A program made the position numbers and the translations under genes. This document shows, in pieces, positions 8,660 to 21,817 of a stretch of 64,000 bases of DNA (positions are counted from its first letter, which is position 1; every line of letters starts with the position of its first letter). The notes beneath the pieces were generated by a model. It worked only from the letters and a program-made list of their open reading frames with translations, made no database searches and had not been told where the DNA came from. Origin of the DNA: Chitinophagales bacterium (GTDB lineage: Bacteria > Bacteroidota > Bacteroidia > Chitinophagales > S012-47); assembly GCA_015487695.1 (NCBI GenBank), contig WFPF01000122.1, positions 331 to 64,330 of the forward strand. The letters are read 5' to 3'.

Positions 8660-10198
8660 TTGAAAGAGAGAAAGATACGCAGCGCACTCTTGTCGGTATA
8701 CCACAAGGAAGGCCTTGAGCCTATTGTCCAATATCTCGCAGATCAGGGAGTTCACATTTTATCTACCGGAGGCACAGCCGCATTTATCCGCGAATTGGGT
8801 GTGGAAGTGCAGGAAATCGAATCCCTGACCGGATATCCCCCGGTGCTGGGAGGAAGGGTAAAAACCTTGCACCCGAAAGTTTTCGGAGGCATTCTTGCCC
8901 GCAGGGAAAATGAAGCCGATCAGGAGGATGTGGCCGAATTCGATATCCCCTTTGTCGATCTGGTACTGGTCGATCTTTATCCTTTTGAAGCCACACTTCG
9001 CAGCAGTTCTGACGAGGCGGCCATTATCGAAAAAATAGACATTGGCGGCATCTCGCTGATACGGGCTGCGGCCAAAAACTTTGAAGATGTGCTGGTGGTG
9101 CCGGGACGCGAATACTACGGGGAATTGATGGAACTGCTGGAGACGAAAAACGGGAGCAGCGAGCGCAACGACCGCAAGCGATTTGCCGCAGCGGCATTTC
9201 ATGTTTCTTCGCATTACGATACGGCCATATTCAACTATTTCAACAAGGATGCCGGATATGAAGAAGTCTTTAAGGTGAGCTTTGGCAACGGACGGAGCCT
9301 GCGCTACGGTGAGAACCCGCATCAGAAAGGCTACTATTACGGAGACCTTGATTCCCTTTTTACCCAATTGCACGGCAAAGCACTGAGCTACAACAACCTT
9401 GTGGATATCGATGCGGCTCTGGATATTCTGGAGGAGTTCAATGGACTGGACGGGCGGGTGACCTTTGCCGTATTGAAGCATACCAACCCCTGTGGCCTGG
9501 CTACCCGCAGCACTTCGCTGGAAGCCTGGGAGGCGGCCCTGGCCGGAGATCCCGTTTCGGCCTTTGGCGGCATCATCGCCAGCAATGGAAAAATAGACGA
9601 AGAAACAGCCCTTGCCATCAATGCACTTTTCTTTGAAGTAATTTTAGCCCCCGAATTTGACGAAAAGGCACTGGAAATTCTAAAAAGCAGAAAAAAGCGC
9701 ATAATTTTAAAGAAACACCCCCTGGCTTTGAGCCACCGGCAGTTTAAAACAGCAGTTAACGGAGTCTTGCTTCAAGATAAAGACCGGAAAAGCGAAGGAA
9801 GGGGAGCATGGGAAAACGCTACGGCAAGAAAGCCGGATGACCGGGAGATGCGCGATATGGAGTTTGGAATCAAAGCGGTAAAACACCTGAAATCAAATGC
9901 GATTGCACTGGTGAAAGACGAGCAGTTGATAGGGATGGGTGCTGGACAGACCTCACGGATCGATGCGCTGAAACAGGCCATCGGGAAAGCCGGGCGCATG
10001 GGTTTTGAAACCAAAGGGGCGGTGCTGGCATCGGATGCATTTTTTCCTTTTGCCGACAGTGTAGAGGCCGCATTCGAAGCCGGTATCGAAGCCATCGTGC
10101 AGCCGGGAGGCTCAAAAAGGGATCAGGAAAGTGTGGATTTCTGTAACGAAAAGGGAATGTGCATGGTGATGACAGGAATCAGGCATTTTAAGCATTGA
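8660..10198 (+). CDS. purH: Bifunctional AICAR transformylase / IMP cyclohydrolase
   Basis: ALLSVYHKEG, GGRVKTLHP, IDIGG, LRYGENPHQ, ASDAFFPF, RHFKH. TTG start. Confidence 0.97.
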   Translation: MKERKIRSALLSVYHKEGLEPIVQYLADQGVHILSTGGTAAFIRELGVEVQEIESLTGYPPVLGGRVKTLHPKVFGGILARRENEADQEDVAEFDIPFVDLVLVDLYPFEATLRSSSDEAAIIEKIDIGGISLIRAAAKNFEDVLVVPGREYYGELMELLETKNGSSERNDRKRFAAAAFHVSSHYDTAIFNYFNKDAGYEEVFKVSFGNGRSLRYGENPHQKGYYYGDLDSLFTQLHGKALSYNNLVDIDAALDILEEFNGLDGRVTFAVLKHTNPCGLATRSTSLEAWEAALAGDPVSAFGGIIASNGKIDEETALAINALFFEVILAPEFDEKALEILKSRKKRIILKKHPLALSHRQFKTAVNGVLLQDKDRKSEGRGAWENATARKPDDREMRDMEFGIKAVKHLKSNAIALVKDEQLIGMGAGQTSRIDALKQAIGKAGRMGFETKGAVLASDAFFPFADSVEAAFEAGIEAIVQPGGSKRDQESVDFCNEKGMCMVMTGIRHFKH

Positions 10199-10284
10199 AT
10201 TTGAAATTTAATTCGGCTTTATTGATTCATTTGAAAATGAAGAACAAATTACGTACACTTAAAGGGCATTGAGAAAAACGGAAC

Positions 10285-11310
10285 ATGGGATTATTCAACT
10301 TCTTTTCGCAGGAAATAGCCATAGATCTTGGCACAGCCAACACCCTCATTATTGCCAATGACAAGGTAGTGGTGGATGAGCCATCGATTGTGGCCATTGA
10401 CAAGAGAACGGATAAGGTGGTGGCCGTGGGGCGCAGGGCCATGCAAATGCATGAAAAAACCCATGAAAATCTGAAAACCATCAGACCGCTGAAGGATGGA
10501 GTAATTGCGGATTTCCAGGCGGCCGAAGCCATGATACGCGGCATGATCAAAATGATCAATCCCAAAAAGCAGCTTTTCAAACCTTCGCTGACCATGGTAA
10601 TTTGTATTCCCTCCGGAATTACGGAAGTGGAAAAAAGAGCCGTCTTCGACTCGGCCGAGCAGGCCGGTGCCAAAGAGCGCTATCTCATTCACGAACCCAT
10701 GGCAGCTGCCCTGGGAATAGGCCTTGATGTGCAGGAACCCATCGGCAACATGATCATCGATATCGGGGGAGGGACCACCGAAATTGCCGTCATTGCCCTT
10801 TCGGGCATAGTGTGCGACCAGTCTATCCGCGTGGCAGGCGATGAGTTTACACATGACATCATCAATTTCATGCGCAGGCAGCACAATATGCTCATCGGTG
10901 AGCGCACAGCCGAGCAAATCAAAATGAACATCGGGGCGGCTATAACCGAGCTGGATGAGCCGCCTGAAGATTATCCCGTCAACGGACGCGACCTGATGAC
11001 CGGCATACCCAAGCAGATCATGATCTCCTATACTGAAATTGCCCACGCCATCGATAAATCCATCAGCAAAATCGAAGATGCCGTGCTCAAAGCACTTGAA
11101 ATCACTCCTCCCGAAGTGTCGGCCGATATTTACCGTACCGGCCTTTACCTGACCGGGGGCGGTGCTCTGCTCCGGGGCCTCGACAAGCGCCTGGCGCAGA
11201 AAACCAAACTGCCGGTACACGTGGTGGACGATCCGCTGAGGGCGGTGGTACGAGGTACGGGCATAGCACTTAAGCGGAGAAAAGAACTGATTGCACTCCT
11301 GATGAGTTAG
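10285..11310 (+). CDS. mreB: Rod shape-determining protein MreB
   Basis: IDLGTANT, RPLKDGVIADF, DIGGGTT, LTGGGALL. Confidence 0.97.
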   Translation: MGLFNFFSQEIAIDLGTANTLIIANDKVVVDEPSIVAIDKRTDKVVAVGRRAMQMHEKTHENLKTIRPLKDGVIADFQAAEAMIRGMIKMINPKKQLFKPSLTMVICIPSGITEVEKRAVFDSAEQAGAKERYLIHEPMAAALGIGLDVQEPIGNMIIDIGGGTTEIAVIALSGIVCDQSIRVAGDEFTHDIINFMRRQHNMLIGERTAEQIKMNIGAAITELDEPPEDYPVNGRDLMTGIPKQIMISYTEIAHAIDKSISKIEDAVLKALEITPPEVSADIYRTGLYLTGGGALLRGLDKRLAQKTKLPVHVVDDPLRAVVRGTGIALKRRKELIALLMS

Positions 11311-11372
11311 GAGAGAAGCCTCTTTTCATCCCCTGATTGCTTATTTTCACTGAACTAAACCGCAGTTTGTCC

Positions 11373-12191
11373 GTGCGAAGTATTATTCGTTTTATTGTAC
11401 GCTATCATGTCTTCTTTCTCTTTCTGATTCTTGAATCTTTGTCGCTGTATTTTATCTACGAACAGAAAACCTTTCACCGTCAAAAAATGCTTGCCGTTAC
11501 GGGAGATATGAGTGGCCGGATTCAGGAAATTTATTCAGATGTGACATCCTACCTGGTGCTGGGGGCTGTAAATGACAGCCTGATGGCCGAAATGGCCAGG
11601 CTGAAAACGAAAGCCCTGCAGGCCGGTGACGGGTTGCCGGAGCCGGATTTTCGCAGCGATACCCTCGATTCTTTGATCTACCGTTATATCCCCGCCCGGG
11701 TGATCAGAAGCGATTACACGGCATTTAACAACTACATCGTGATCGACAAGGGAAGCCTTGACTCCATTCACCCGGGAATGGGTGTGACAAGCAACTACGG
11801 TGTCGTGGGAATTGTGGTATCCAGCAGCCCTCATTTTTCGAGGATCATGTCGCTCCTGCACCATGACATTCAAATCAGTGCGAGGCTCGCCAAAAACGGA
11901 CAACTGGCATCGCTGGTCTGGGAAGGCCACCACCCGCAGCGGGCGGCCCTGCGTTACCTCACCTATCCTTCTCCCGTAGCGGTCGGAGATACCATCGTGA
12001 CAGCCGGGTCTTCGACCTACTTTCCGGGGGGTGAGCTGCTGGGGACGGTCGAGAAAATGGAGCTGGAGCCCGGAGCCGATTTCTATAAAATCACGGTAAG
12101 ACTGAGCACTCCCTTTGACCGGCTGCATTATGTTTATCTGATTGATAATGCATTGCAGAAAGAACAAGAAACACTGGAGGAGGGATTATGA
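11373..12191 (+). CDS. mreC: Rod shape-determining protein MreC
   Basis: N-terminal TM, IDKGS..I.PGMGV, GVVGIV, GDTIVT. Probable GTG start at 11373. Confidence 0.92.
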   Translation: MRSIIRFIVRYHVFFLFLILESLSLYFIYEQKTFHRQKMLAVTGDMSGRIQEIYSDVTSYLVLGAVNDSLMAEMARLKTKALQAGDGLPEPDFRSDTLDSLIYRYIPARVIRSDYTAFNNYIVIDKGSLDSIHPGMGVTSNYGVVGIVVSSSPHFSRIMSLLHHDIQISARLAKNGQLASLVWEGHHPQRAALRYLTYPSPVAVGDTIVTAGSSTYFPGGELLGTVEKMELEPGADFYKITVRLSTPFDRLHYVYLIDNALQKEQETLEEGL

Positions 12192-12712
12192 AAATCAATG
12201 TGCTGCGTTTGTCCTTTCAGTTTGTAGCCCTTGTCCTGCTGCAGGTGCTTGTCCTGAACAAGATCCTGCTCTTCGGCTATGCCACCCCCATGATTTATCC
12301 GCTTTTTATTCTTTCGCTGCCGGTGAATATGCCCCGCTGGCTGGAGCTTTTGCTGGCCTTTCTCATGGGCCTCCTCATCGACCTTTTTTCAAACACGGGC
12401 GGCATGCATGCCTTTTCCCTTGTTTTGCTCGCCTTCGCAAGACCGGTCATTCTGATCTTTATGGCACCCAAGGAAGGCTATGATCCGGGCGAAATACCAT
12501 CGCTCTACCGTCAGGGGCTGGCCTGGTTTTCCGTCTATGCCACCCTGGCTCTCTTCATCCATCACCTCTCTTTTTATGTGCTCGAAGTCTTCAGCCTGTC
12601 CTACACATCCTACATCCTGGGGCGGACGCTCGCCAGCGTGCTCTTCTCCTTTTTGCTGATGCTCCTCATAGAAGTCATCTTTTTCATTAACCCCAAACAG
12701 GCAAGGCTGTGA
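12188..12712 (+). CDS. mreD: Rod shape-determining protein MreD
   Basis: Hydrophobic 174 aa, GLLIDLFSNTGGMHA, between mreC and mrdA. Confidence 0.9.
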   Translation: MKINVLRLSFQFVALVLLQVLVLNKILLFGYATPMIYPLFILSLPVNMPRWLELLLAFLMGLLIDLFSNTGGMHAFSLVLLAFARPVILIFMAPKEGYDPGEIPSLYRQGLAWFSVYATLALFIHHLSFYVLEVFSLSYTSYILGRTLASVLFSFLLMLLIEVIFFINPKQARL

Positions 12713-14568
12713 AGGATGTCTTCGGGAACCGGAAGTATGTGATCCGGGGTATGGTGATCCTGGTGACGCTCATTTTTATCGTGCGTCTATTTAGCCTGCA
12801 GGTACTCGACAGCAGCCTGAAAAGCGAGGCAAGCGATGTGGGCCGCAAGACCCTGTATCCTGTGAGAGGGTTGATTTACGATCGCAACGGGGTACTCATT
12901 GTAGGCAACAAACCTATTTATGACCTGATGCTTGTGCAGAAGCAGCTCGGGGAGATGGATACCCTCGCATTTTGCAAATACCTGGGCATCAGCGACAGCT
13001 TTTTCAGGGCACGCCTCCACGTGCTTTCCACCCGGTCGTGGCGATATTCGAAAGTGCGGCCCGAACTCTTTATGAGCATGATTCCCGAGGAGCGCATGGC
13101 GGTGCTGCGGGAGCATCTGTACGAATTTCCGGGGTTTATGCCGCAGGTACGCCTCGTAAGAACCTATCCGTATACCGCGGCTGCGCATGTGATTGGCAAT
13201 GTGGGAGAGGTCAATCAAAAGGAGATGGACGCCTCAAACGGTTATTACCGTCCGGGGGAGTATGTGGGCAAAGACGGGATTGAAAAATATTATGAGCCGG
13301 AGCTGAGAGGAAAAAAGGGTGTAAAATATTACTACAAAGACAATCTGGGGCGGGATATCGGCCCTTATCGAAACGGGGCATTTGATACCCTGCCCGAACC
13401 CGGGCGAAATATAGAGATCAGCCTGGATATCTTTCTTCAGGTCTATGGCGAAAAACTCATGAAAAACAAAAGGGGGAGCATTGTGGCCATTGAACCGGGC
13501 AGCGGTGAGATACTGGCCTTTGTGAGCAGCCCTTCCTATGATCCCAATATGCTGGTAGGTCGTCAGCGTGGCAATAATTTCCGTGCGCTTCTCCATGATT
13601 CTATCAACAAACCCCTGATCAACCGGCCTTTGCGTGCGCTCTATCCGCCCGGCTCAACTTTTAAGCCCCTGATGGGACTCATTGCGTGGAATGAAGGAGC
13701 CATACGCCCGGGGATGGGCTATCCCTGTGCGGGGGCTTATCACATTTCGGGTATTCGAATCGGTTGTCATCATCATCCCCGCATTCACAATCTGAACGAA
13801 GGCATTCAGCGTTCCTGCAATTCCTACTTCTGTGAGTCGCTGCGCCTGCTGCTCGAAAATGACAAATTCGAAGATGAAAGTGATGCACTGGATACCTGGT
13901 CGGGGTATCTGAGGGCGTTCAATCTGGGACGCAAGACCGGCATTGACCTCTACGGTGAGCTGAGCGGCAATGTGCCGGATTCAAAATATTACGACCGCCT
14001 CTACAAAGGGTGGCGATGGAAGGCGGCCACCGTGATCAGCCTGGCCATTGGTCAGGGCGAACTGACAGTCACACCCATACAACTGGCCAACCTCTATGCC
14101 ATTCTGGCCAACGGTGGGAAATACCGGATGCCTCACCTGGTGAGGTCGATTGCCGGACAGGATACGATCCACCGCAAATACACAAGATACCGGACGGTCC
14201 CAATTCCGGAGGATAAAATCAAATGGATTTATGAGGGAATGGAGAATGTAATACGGGACGGGACAGCCGGCCTGGCACGTATCCCGGGAATATCGGTCTG
14301 CGGAAAAACGGGCACGGCAGAAAATCCCCATGGGGCCGATCATTCCATCTTTACGGCTTTTGCTCCCCGCGAGAACCCCAGGATTGCAATTGCCGTGGTG
14401 GTCGAAAATTCGGGATTTGGGGGTACCTGGGCGGCACCGATAGCCTCGCTGATGATGGAATATTATTTAAAAGGTGAAATTGCTCCCGAGCGCAAATGGC
14501 TGGAAGATTATATTTTGAAGGCAGATTTCATTGACGAAGACAACGAAGCGGCAGAAAGCGGACAATAA
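12709..14568 (+). CDS. mrdA: Penicillin-binding protein 2
   Basis: RGLIYDRNG, YPPGSTFK (SxxK), SCN, GKTGTAEN. Confidence 0.95.
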   Translation: MKDVFGNRKYVIRGMVILVTLIFIVRLFSLQVLDSSLKSEASDVGRKTLYPVRGLIYDRNGVLIVGNKPIYDLMLVQKQLGEMDTLAFCKYLGISDSFFRARLHVLSTRSWRYSKVRPELFMSMIPEERMAVLREHLYEFPGFMPQVRLVRTYPYTAAAHVIGNVGEVNQKEMDASNGYYRPGEYVGKDGIEKYYEPELRGKKGVKYYYKDNLGRDIGPYRNGAFDTLPEPGRNIEISLDIFLQVYGEKLMKNKRGSIVAIEPGSGEILAFVSSPSYDPNMLVGRQRGNNFRALLHDSINKPLINRPLRALYPPGSTFKPLMGLIAWNEGAIRPGMGYPCAGAYHISGIRIGCHHHPRIHNLNEGIQRSCNSYFCESLRLLLENDKFEDESDALDTWSGYLRAFNLGRKTGIDLYGELSGNVPDSKYYDRLYKGWRWKAATVISLAIGQGELTVTPIQLANLYAILANGGKYRMPHLVRSIAGQDTIHRKYTRYRTVPIPEDKIKWIYEGMENVIRDGTAGLARIPGISVCGKTGTAENPHGADHSIFTAFAPRENPRIAIAVVVENSGFGGTWAAPIASLMMEYYLKGEIAPERKWLEDYILKADFIDEDNEAAESGQ

Positions 14569-14576
14569 AGCAAAAG

Positions 14577-15848
14577 ATGAAGCGGAGAGAAAACTTAATG
14601 GCCTACCTTGACTGGCTCAGCATCTGGCTCTATTTGCTGTTGGTGGCGATTGGTCTGGCTACCATCTACGCGGTGAATTTTGATGACGGCCAATACTTTT
14701 TTGATGGCAGCCTGCCTCATATGCGGCAGCTTGTCTGGGTCGGTATCTCCGTATTTGCGGCAGCGGTGGTGATGATTCTCGACTACAAGTTTTTCTCGGC
14801 CATGGCCTGGCCTTTTTATGCATTTATGCTCCTTTTATTGCTGCTCACCTTTGCCATCGCCCCGACCATCAACGGAGCGCGATCGTGGCTGGTCTTTGGC
14901 CCGGTTTCGCTCCAGCCAGCCGAATTTGCCAAAATTGCCACTTCGCTGGCATTGGCACGCTATCTCACCAGCGTGGATGTGAATCTCAGTCAGCTCAGAT
15001 CACAATTGATTGCCATGGCCCTCATTGCCCTGCCGATGGGTCTGGTGGTTATGCAAAGGGATATCGGTACGGCTCTCGTATTTACGGGCTTCTTTCTGGT
15101 GCTTTATCGCGAGGGTTTTCCGGCTACGGTGCCGGTCATCGCATTCTATGTCGGGCTCTTATTTGTGAGCACGCTGCTTTTTGGCCCGGTCACGGTTTCG
15201 CTGGCAATTACGGCTGTTTTGGCCTTTTTTATGGTCTTTATTATTCGAAACTGGAAGCGCTTAAAGATTCGCTTTCTGGAAATTATTCTGATCTATCTGC
15301 TCAGTTTTACCTTCGTCAACTTTGGAGTGGATATGCTCTTTTATAAGGCTCTGCAACCGCATCAGCAAAGCCGCATCAACGTATTGCTTGGCCGCGAAGT
15401 GGAAAGGGGCGCCAACTACAACGTAGAGCAGGCAAAGATAGCCATCGGGTCGGGCGGAGTTTTGGGCAAGGGCTACCTGAAAGGAACACTGACCAAAGGT
15501 GATTTTGTGCCCGAGCAGGGCACCGATTTCATTTTTTCCGGCATTGGCGAGGAATTTGGCTTCGTTGGCAGCAGCCTTTTTCTCCTGCTTTTCATGGCCC
15601 TGCTTCTGCGTATACTTTGGTTGGCCGAGCGTCAGCGGTCAAGCTTTACCCGCATCTATGCCTACGGGGTGGCCTCGGTGCTTTTCATGCACTTCTTGGT
15701 AAACGTGGGCATGGCCATCGGACTTCTGCCTGTCATCGGCATTCCTTTGCCTTTTATCAGTTATGGGGGCTCGAGCCTTCTGGGTTTTACGATCTCATTG
15801 GCCATTTTGCTCAAGCTGGACGCGTACAGGAAACTGGTACTGCGATAA
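14577..15848 (+). CDS. rodA: SEDS glycosyltransferase RodA
   Basis: QPAEFAK, AIGSGG, PEQGTDFIF, PFISYGGSS. Confidence 0.95.
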   Translation: MKRRENLMAYLDWLSIWLYLLLVAIGLATIYAVNFDDGQYFFDGSLPHMRQLVWVGISVFAAAVVMILDYKFFSAMAWPFYAFMLLLLLLTFAIAPTINGARSWLVFGPVSLQPAEFAKIATSLALARYLTSVDVNLSQLRSQLIAMALIALPMGLVVMQRDIGTALVFTGFFLVLYREGFPATVPVIAFYVGLLFVSTLLFGPVTVSLAITAVLAFFMVFIIRNWKRLKIRFLEIILIYLLSFTFVNFGVDMLFYKALQPHQQSRINVLLGREVERGANYNVEQAKIAIGSGGVLGKGYLKGTLTKGDFVPEQGTDFIFSGIGEEFGFVGSSLFLLLFMALLLRILWLAERQRSSFTRIYAYGVASVLFMHFLVNVGMAIGLLPVIGIPLPFISYGGSSLLGFTISLAILLKLDAYRKLVLR

Positions 15849-15913
15849 AGCAGGGCGATGCGCATTTATTGGATTTAGGCTCCTGTACCGTGTGGTATTG
15901 CACTTATTCTAAG

Positions 15914-15921
15914 TATTTTTG
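15914..15921 (+). promoter_or_regulatory. -7 promoter element upstream of aspS
   Basis: TATTTTTG matches TAnnTTTG, 20 nt before the ATG. Confidence 0.55.
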
Positions 15922-15941
15922 CGCCTTAAATTCATTTGTCT

Positions 15942-17693
15942 ATGTTTCGTTCACACACATGCGGAGAATTGCGGCTCAATGATGCCGGAAAGAAAGTAAA
16001 ACTGGCCGGTTGGGTACAGAAAATGCGGGACTTTGGAGGAATGACCTTCCTCGATCTGCGCGATCGCTACGGCATCACTCAGTTGGTCTTCGATATGCAG
16101 GCCGACAAAGACTTGTGCGAAAAAGCCCGCCAGCTGGGCCGCGAATATGTGATACAGGTGCAGGGGACGGTGGCCGAACGAAGCAATAAGAACCCCAAAT
16201 TGCCAACGGGCGACATTGAAATCATCGTGGAGAAATTGCAGGTGCTGAATGCATCCAAGACACCCCCCTTCACGATTGAAGACGAAACAGACGGAGGCGA
16301 GGACCTGCGCATGAAGTACCGTTATCTGGATCTCAGACGAGGTGTGCTGAAGCGGAACATGGAATTGCGGCACAAACTGGGCCTGGCCACCCGCAAGTAC
16401 CTGAGTGAGCAGGGATTCATCGATATTGAAACACCCTACCTGATCAAATCCACGCCCGAAGGGGCACGCGATTTTGTGGTTCCCTCGCGCATGAACCGCG
16501 GGCAATTTTATGCCCTTCCGCAGTCGCCTCAGACCTTCAAACAACTTTTGATGGTCAGTGGTTATGACCGCTATTACCAGATTGTGAAGTGTTTCAGAGA
16601 CGAAGATTTGCGTGCCGACCGGCAACCGGAATTCACACAGATCGATTGCGAAATGTCCTTTGTGGATCGGGAGGATGTGCTTGCGCTTTTCGAGGGATTG
16701 CTGATTCATCTTTTTAAAGAAGTGAAGGGAATTGACCTGGAGCGGGCAGAGCGAATGAGCTATGAAGATGCCATGCGCCTTTACGGAACAGATAAACCCG
16801 ATATCCGCTTTGGAATGTCTTTTCATGAGCTCGATGACCTCGCCAAAGGGCACGGGTTCAGAGTCTTTGACGATGCCGGCCTGGTAGCAGGTATTTGTGT
16901 GGAGGGTGCGGCATCCTACAGCCGCAAGCAGCTGGATGAACTCACTGAATTTGTAAAAAAACCGCAGGTGGGTGCCCGGGGACTGGTTTACGTAAAATAC
17001 AATGCAGACGGCAGTTTTAAGTCATCGGTAGACAAGTTTTACAGCGCGGAAGACCTGGAGGCATGGGCGGCCCGCATGCAGGCCCGGCCGGGGGATCTCA
17101 TGCTGATCATGGCCGGAGAGAAAGAGGCTACACGCAAGGCCCTGGGTGTGCTCAGGCTGGAATTGGCAGAGCGGCTGGGACTTCGCAAAGCAGATGAATT
17201 CAAACTGCTCTGGATCGTTGATTTTCCCCTTTTGGAATGGGTGGAAGAGGAAGAGCGCTTTGTGGCTCTTCATCATCCGTTTACGCGACCGCGGGCCGAG
17301 GATCTCGAGCTGCTTGCGAGCGATCCGGGCAGGGTAAAGGCCGAAGCCTACGACCTTACCCTCAATGGCAACGAGATTGCCGGTGGTTCGATACGAATAC
17401 ATGAACGGGCCTTGCAGGAGCAAATGTTTGAAGCACTCGGAATTCGCAGGGAAGAAGCGGAGGCCAAGTTCGGATTCCTGATGAAGGCGTTTGAATACGG
17501 AGCACCTCCCCACGGGGGCATTGCCTTTGGCTTCGACCGCCTGGCAGCACTGATGGGCGGCTCGGAATCAATACGGGATTTTATTGCTTTCCCGAAAAAC
17601 AATCACGGACGGGATGTCATGCTCGATGCTCCGTCTCCCATAGATGACACCCAACTCGATGAGCTGGGCCTCTGCCTGAAAGGGAAAAAGTAA
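15942..17693 (+). CDS. aspS: Aspartate--tRNA ligase
   Basis: [48 protein letters not shown]. Confidence 0.97.
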   Translation: MFRSHTCGELRLNDAGKKVKLAGWVQKMRDFGGMTFLDLRDRYGITQLVFDMQADKDLCEKARQLGREYVIQVQGTVAERSNKNPKLPTGDIEIIVEKLQVLNASKTPPFTIEDETDGGEDLRMKYRYLDLRRGVLKRNMELRHKLGLATRKYLSEQGFIDIETPYLIKSTPEGARDFVVPSRMNRGQFYALPQSPQTFKQLLMVSGYDRYYQIVKCFRDEDLRADRQPEFTQIDCEMSFVDREDVLALFEGLLIHLFKEVKGIDLERAERMSYEDAMRLYGTDKPDIRFGMSFHELDDLAKGHGFRVFDDAGLVAGICVEGAASYSRKQLDELTEFVKKPQVGARGLVYVKYNADGSFKSSVDKFYSAEDLEAWAARMQARPGDLMLIMAGEKEATRKALGVLRLELAERLGLRKADEFKLLWIVDFPLLEWVEEEERFVALHHPFTRPRAEDLELLASDPGRVKAEAYDLTLNGNEIAGGSIRIHERALQEQMFEALGIRREEAEAKFGFLMKAFEYGAPPHGGIAFGFDRLAALMGGSESIRDFIAFPKNNHGRDVMLDAPSPIDDTQLDELGLCLKGKK

Positions 17694-17699
17694 GTTTTG

Positions 17700-18110
17700 C
17701 TACCAGGTGGTGATAATCACCGAAGCCAGCACATATCCGAAAATGTGATAAAAGGCATCGATAAAAAGGGCCTTCAGCGAACTCTGCTGATATTGCCTGG
17801 CAATCCACATCGGAATAAAGGTAAAGGCAAAACCCGCTGCTACGGCAATTTTAATGCCCCGCAGCATATCCGGAGCTACCAGATGCGTAACAAAGAGTGC
17901 CAGCACGGTACAGGAAAGAAACATGCCGATAAAAGAGAGGATCATCGACATGGCCATCTTCTTCCGGGCGACTTCGCTGATGCCGACTTCGGCAGCCCAA
18001 ACTTTGCCAAAGAGAAAAGGAGCATACCAAAGCATACCCAGCACCCAATAGGCAATGCTGGCTACGATAATGGCCATAAAATCGAGGGATGAGAAAATTG
18101 AAAAATCCAT
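17700..18110 (-). CDS. DUF1761 family membrane protein
   Basis: Four TM helices with LGMLWY.P.LFGK.W and FIDAFYH motifs. Confidence 0.75.
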   Translation of the reverse strand: MDFSIFSSLDFMAIIVASIAYWVLGMLWYAPFLFGKVWAAEVGISEVARKKMAMSMILSFIGMFLSCTVLALFVTHLVAPDMLRGIKIAVAAGFAFTFIPMWIARQYQQSSLKALFIDAFYHIFGYVLASVIITTW

Positions 18111-18241
18111 AGTTTCTTGAATTGGTTTTAAAAAGAGCTTGTAATAAATGTAAGAAAAAACACATACAAGTGATTAATGCGGTTGTTGCAATTTGTGGAA
18201 AAATACCGTGGAACTCTTGGCAAGAATTGGGAAATTGCAGA

Positions 18242-19162
18242 ATGAGACTGGCAGCAATAGATATTGGGTCCAACGCAGTAAGGTGTCTGATCTCCGAAGT
18301 GGATCACCATTACGCCCGTCCGCTGAAGTTGAAACTGCTTCGTATTCCGCTCCGCCTGGGGATGGATACCTTCACCCGGGGGCGCATTTCGCCCAAAAAA
18401 AGAGCCGACCTTATCCGTACACTGCAGATCTACCAGCTTTTGATGGAGGTCTATGAGGTGGAGGATTACCGTGCCTGTGCTACCTCGGCCGTGCGCGATG
18501 CCGCCAACGCCACAGAAATTGTCACTGAGATCAGGGAACTGACGGGCATACAAATCGAAGTGATTGACGGAAAGGAGGAAGCCTCCATTGTTTTCGAAAC
18601 GCACATTTCGCAGCATCTGAACCCCGATCGTTCGTATCTCTATATCGATGTCGGAGGGGGCAGTACGGACGTTACCCTCTTTCCCCGGGGGGGGCGGAAG
18701 GTGTACAACAGCTTTAACATCGGCACCGTGCGCCTCATGATGAATAAGGTAGATCCTGCGGAATGGGAGCGTTTGCAGCAGTGGCTTGCTTCGCATACGG
18801 GCGGGGAAAAACTCATTGGAGTCGGTTCGGGAGGCAATATCAATACCATCTTTCAGCTCTCAAGACGCAAGTCGGGTGCCTTGTTGAGCTATGAGTTTAT
18901 TTCCGGATTCTGCCGTGAAATCAATGAGATGAAGCTGACGGAGAGAATGCGTAAATACGGATTGAAACCGGACCGGGCCGATGTCATCGGACATGCCTGC
19001 AAAATCTTTACAAGCATCATGGAGTGGACGGGTATCCGCAAGATGAAAGTGCCCCAGATCGGACTGGCAGACGGCATCATCCAACTGCTGGCCGAGAAGC
19101 ACGGATATCACCCGAAAGGACCCCCTGTGGGATTGCGAAATGCGGGAAAGATAATCGAATGA
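18242..19162 (+). CDS. ppx: Ppx/GppA exopolyphosphatase (short form)
   Basis: AAIDIGSNAVR, CATSAVRDA, DVGGGST, DRADVI. Start at ATG 18242. Confidence 0.9.
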   Translation: MRLAAIDIGSNAVRCLISEVDHHYARPLKLKLLRIPLRLGMDTFTRGRISPKKRADLIRTLQIYQLLMEVYEVEDYRACATSAVRDAANATEIVTEIRELTGIQIEVIDGKEEASIVFETHISQHLNPDRSYLYIDVGGGSTDVTLFPRGGRKVYNSFNIGTVRLMMNKVDPAEWERLQQWLASHTGGEKLIGVGSGGNINTIFQLSRRKSGALLSYEFISGFCREINEMKLTERMRKYGLKPDRADVIGHACKIFTSIMEWTGIRKMKVPQIGLADGIIQLLAEKHGYHPKGPPVGLRNAGKIIE

Positions 19163-19260
19163 TTTTCTGTGGATTGACGTTGTATTTTTAACGATTTGAA
19201 GTGGAAAGATTCCGACTCATCTTAAGAAGCTATTAATTAGCTTTAAAGCCTTATAATCCG

Positions 19261-19268
19261 TAACTTTG
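19261..19268 (+). promoter_or_regulatory. -7 promoter element upstream of gyrB
   Basis: TAACTTTG matches TAnnTTTG. Confidence 0.65.
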
Positions 19269-19300
19269 CACGTCTTTTTTTAAATAAAACAAGGAGGTAG

Positions 19301-21253
<1,953 letters not shown>

Positions 21254-21262
21254 GCCGGGCGC

Positions 21263-21817
21263 TTAGCGCCTGCCCAGGCCAATGGTAAATCCGAAGCGCA
21301 GTGTGGGATTGCGGAAGGGATTGTTGAGGTTGTCGTTCAGGTTGTAGAGCAGCATAACGAAAGAACCACTTCCGTTTTCAAATCCGGAACTTAATCCTCC
21401 GCCAATGTACAAATTGGGTGAAGTAGCCTTCTCTCCGTTGGGATATTGCGCAGAGTAGTATTTCAATATGAGATGCTCATATTCGGAATAGGCGAAGAGA
21501 AATCGCAGGAACTGATAGCGTGCAAAAACACGGGGACCGTAGAACAGGTTTTTCGAATCGTAAAATTTGTAGTTGAAATACTGGAAGGTAAATCCGGTAC
21601 CGACCGAAAAAGCATCGTTTATCCGGTATCCCAGCAAGGGAGAGAGCTCGGCATAAGCCGAAAAATCTGAAATGGCTCCGCCCACATTGCCACCCGTATA
21701 CAGCCGTTCCCAGGGAATCCCACCTTTTTTAAGGTCTTTGTAGGAGTCTTCCTGTGCCAATAGAGCTGTGAAGCTTAGCAGGGCAAGTATGACGGAGAGA
21801 AAAACTTTGTATTTCAT
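21263..21817 (-). CDS. Hypothetical exported protein, probable small outer-membrane beta-barrel
   Basis: Signal peptide, alternating aromatic/Gly strands, terminal strand LRFGFTIG. Confidence 0.65.
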   Translation of the reverse strand: MKYKVFLSVILALLSFTALLAQEDSYKDLKKGGIPWERLYTGGNVGGAISDFSAYAELSPLLGYRINDAFSVGTGFTFQYFNYKFYDSKNLFYGPRVFARYQFLRFLFAYSEYEHLILKYYSAQYPNGEKATSPNLYIGGGLSSGFENGSGSFVMLLYNLNDNLNNPFRNPTLRFGFTIGLGRR